A DNA stretch of 64,000 nt, taken from NCBI RefSeq assembly GCF_009914755.1, contig NC_060932.1; one strand, given 5' to 3'. This DNA is from the human T2T-CHM13v2.0 reference genome, Homo sapiens. The notes beneath the pieces were generated by a model. The model was given only the letters and a program-made list of their open reading frames with translations. It made no database searches and was not told the DNA's origin. This document shows positions 60,200-64,000 of the stretch, piece by piece. The position numbers and the translations under genes were made by a program. Position 1 is the stretch's first letter; each line of letters begins with the position of its first letter.

Positions 60200-60618
60200 C
60201 CCTCATACTTTTCATTCATACGCTTTCTTATCTAACTCCCATACTGTCCCTGCAAGACTAGTCTGCTGGTATCAGGTTAGCAATTCCTCTCAAATTCTCA
60301 TCACCATCTTGTCATTTATAGTTGCTACATTCCATTCCACCAAACATCACATTAAAAAAAATTTTTTTTCACCTGTAATCCCAGCATTTTGGGTGGCCTT
60401 AATTAACCTCAGCAAAAAGAGGAATTTAATTATAAGAATGCCAAGTTGTCTACTACAAACTAAGAAGAGAAATGGAGTTAGGTCTTAGGAATGACCTGGA
60501 ATCAGAGAGTCAAAAATATCAAGATTCTCTCTATGTTTCTCATTGGTGATTTAACCTGGCTTATGTTTCTCTCCGCTCCCCGACTCTCTGCCTCACTCCT
60601 CATTTCCTTTCTTCTTGA

Positions 60619-60949
<331 letters not shown>

Positions 60950-62319
60950 AGCCCCCAAGTTTTACATGTTTCAGATTCTGCCATCCAGAGGACTTCCACC
61001 CCCCTCCTCCCTTTATTCTTTGTCCCATAATTCCTGGAAAAGACAATGATTGCTCTGGTTGGAACACGTTCCACTGCTGAACAAATCTATTGTGCTTGTG
61101 GGCTCTGTCATGTGGGAACATGGACATTCCTGCTGCAACCATGTGGGAGAAGGGGACAAAGAAGAGCAATTTCTAGAAAAAGGGCATGCAGTAAGCAATT
61201 TTATATGTGTGTCTTACAAACACCATACAAATATTTGAATACAGAAATGACCCTCTCCTGAAGCATCTCACTAGGCTACACGCTTCCAATTTTCCCAACC
61301 TTTTTTCAGTGATTTTGTTTTCACAAGGACAACTCCATCTTGTTCTCTTACTCTTTCAAATTTTATCATGGAAGTGTGACTTCTAGAACTCATTTCAATA
61401 GTTAGAGCTGATCAATACAGAGTTAAGATCACCTCTGCAAAAACCAGAGGGTTCCTAGGAGATCACTTCTCTAAGAACTTACTGACTTCCCCCACCCTGG
61501 AAGCTTTCATTATTGGTAGGAGTTATGATTCCAGACAAATTTTTCTATATAGAGACTTCAAGATGAAAGACTAATAATAACATTGGCCAAGGATGATCTG
61601 AATCTAAAGCAAAATGAAATCCTATTAATAATCTAATGGGAAAATTTTGCCCTGTGAACACTGAGCTATTACTAATACCAAACTTTTAGACATATATTGT
61701 CTCCTTTAGTAGCTAAAATTCATAAGCTACAAATGGTACATGCATATAGCAAATATTTTTTCTTTATATACTACTATACATCTCATACACAGTGCTACTT
61801 AAATGGTACTTCAAAATTTCTTTATGTTTATGACTAGTTTAAGTTTCATTATTTCTTAAATAACAAAATCATTTTCCCCATTGCACTATTTTATTTAATT
61901 CAATAAATAATCGTTGAGAACATACCAAAGGCATATCTAAAAGGTGTTATTCTAGGTACTGAGGCTGTGAAGGTGATTATGGCTTTTGAATAGCTTATAA
62001 TCTAATGACACACATACATATACACATACACAATAGCAATGAGAGGTATATCATAGGCTCATCTAGGCCTGCCTGCTACAAAATCAGAAAACAACGAATA
62101 CAGACCTAGGGCCATGTGAAAGGGCATTGAGCTGTAGTGCTTTGGGATTAGATAGATTTGCTCTTCAATCCAGTTTCTGTCAGCTACTCTCTGTTACTTG
62201 AACAAGTTAAATATCCTTTCTGAGTCTTATTCTTTTCCTTTGCAGAATATAAACTGTATTTATTTGATGATGTTCTTCTGTGAGAATTCAATGTCATAAA
62301 AGTATACAATATGCTATTC

Positions 62320-62960
62320 ATTTGTTCATTCCAAAAACATTTAGAAGCTTTCATTATGTTGGAAGATTTAGATAAAAGAGTAACCAGTCATTGTGTAACA
62401 TAATACATGCTGTTGCAGAGGACTAGATTTAAGAGTTTAGACTTTATTTTGAAATTAGAGACCATTGATGAGTTTCAAGTAAGATAACAAATTTTCAAAT
62501 TTCCATTTTAGAGAAATAACTCTAGTTGTAATGCAGCAAGTAGATTGGAGCAGGCCGAGTCTGGAGGGCATGAGGCTTGTTTGTAGCTATTGCAGAAACC
62601 CTAGGCAAGTGATGATTGCAGACATCATCCACAATGACAAAATAGGACTGAAGCAAATCACAAAAACAGAAAATTAAACTGAAGAGGAGGGTCCTGTCAT
62701 AAAATTTGCCAAGCAGTGGCTTCCTGATGGACTAAACATAGAAAAGGAGAGGAAGAAAGGGAACAGCATGACTCTGAGACACAGGTGTCAAGAGATACAG
62801 GAAAAGAAGTAGGTTTTCAGTGAAGGATAATGAACTCTGTTCTGACTATGTTGAATTTGAGGTGCCCATGGGACATCTAGATGAAGATTTCTAAATACAT
62901 ATTTGGATTTTGAAGAGAAGAGTTAAAGAGAGAAATCTGACCCAGAGATGTGGCTTTAGG
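62320..62960. mobile_element. L2 LINE fragments
   Basis: gactatgttgaatttgaggtgcccatgggacatctagatg and tttagactttatttt resemble L2. Confidence 0.65.
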
Positions 62961-63624
62961 TTATGTGAATTAGCTACGTAGTCCCTCAATTGCCATGCAT
63001 TGGAATCTACTCCCAGTAGCTGCAGTGAACAGTGTGCACACAGATTGAATCCTGGAAACTTGTGATCAGTATGGTGGGATGGCCCATCTTACCTTTTATG
63101 AGTTCACCAAGAATTTTTCCTATTTAAAAGAACACCATGAATCCAGCCATTCATTCACTGCAAATCTAGCACAAAAAGATTGGCAACAAATTGTATTCAG
63201 GTAATAGATATCTCAGAGACCAATTATTAGTCAAATGTGGTAACACTGGGACTGATCATATCAGGAATTGGAAAAGAATGTCTGCTCCAAAAACTGTCAT
63301 AGAGATACTACTACATAAGCAAAATATTAAAAATTGTGGTTTTAAAATTTATCATTAAGAGATTCAGAAATTTTATCAAAAATTCCAGGAAATCAGAGAC
63401 TTCTGGTAATGCATGAGTCACAAGGAAGGGATTTCTCATCTGCTGGCCAAAGGTTGACTGTCTAATGATGAAAAGTCATTTTTGCCTCCTCTCCACTGAT
63501 CCCTTATATTCAGTCAGTTGCAAACATTAGCAATTTGACCTCATAGATTATTCTCATTGGCTTTTCTCTTACCTTCAATTCCTTGCTCTGGCACTAATTA
63601 TCTCAACTTGAGTTTTCACACTAG

Positions 63625-63720
63625 ATTCCTTCCTGCTCTCAAGCCATTCTGCACATTCTAACTATACCACATTATTCCTTCCTGCTGTCAAACCATTCCG
63701 CATTCTAACTATACCACATT
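63625..63720 (+). repeat. Tandem duplication, 49/47-bp units
   Basis: attccttcctgct(c/g)tcaa(g/a)ccattc...cattctaactataccacatt twice. Confidence 0.93.
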
Positions 63721-64000
63721 AATTTTTCTAAATCTTCCTAAACTCAACAAAGTCCAGGCTCTCAGAGTTCTTGACAGTACACCTCTATACGGGCTTTTCT
63801 AAATCATTCATTCATTCATTCATTCATTCAACAAACATTACAAATACATTTGAGAAGCTGGAAATTTTCTAAAAACATCTTGCATTCTCTTCTATTTACA
63901 GTTTTGCTGTTTCTTCTAACATGTCCTTTCTCCATCTTTTTCCTTATCCATCCCCCTCCTCACTGAGCTCTTACCTACCTGTAACACCCACCTTTGTCTT

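Overview
Primate, probably human, non-coding genomic DNA: AT-rich, CpG-poor, about 22 Alus, L1/L2/MIR, DNA-transposon relics and many ERV LTRs. No intact host protein-coding gene, RNA gene or CRISPR array can be supported. The ORF track is mostly Alu, microsatellite or chance ORFs, plus decayed retroviral gag/pol fragments. The main structure is a decayed, 5'-truncated HERV-L provirus (~7932-17976, MLT2A-type 3' LTR) with a nested two-LTR, gag-only ERV1 element (11268-15935). The most unusual signal is a set of locally templated copies that no repeat annotation explains. (1) A ~240-bp direct duplication flanks the HERV-L in place of its 5' LTR and short TSD. (2) A 95-bp copy of 4545-4639 sits just after the protease DTG motif. 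(3) A two-donor inverted patch occupies 12824-12968. (4) A 143-bp copy lies inside a MIR. (5) A 186-bp copy of an Alu tail plus flank lies 1.45 kb away. Their divergences (~2% to ~15%, hand-counted) suggest recurrent template-switch repair over a long time. This is a mutational-process signature, not a demonstrated new biological system. Repeat subfamily names come from recalled consensus sequences and boundaries are approximate unless a TSD is quoted.
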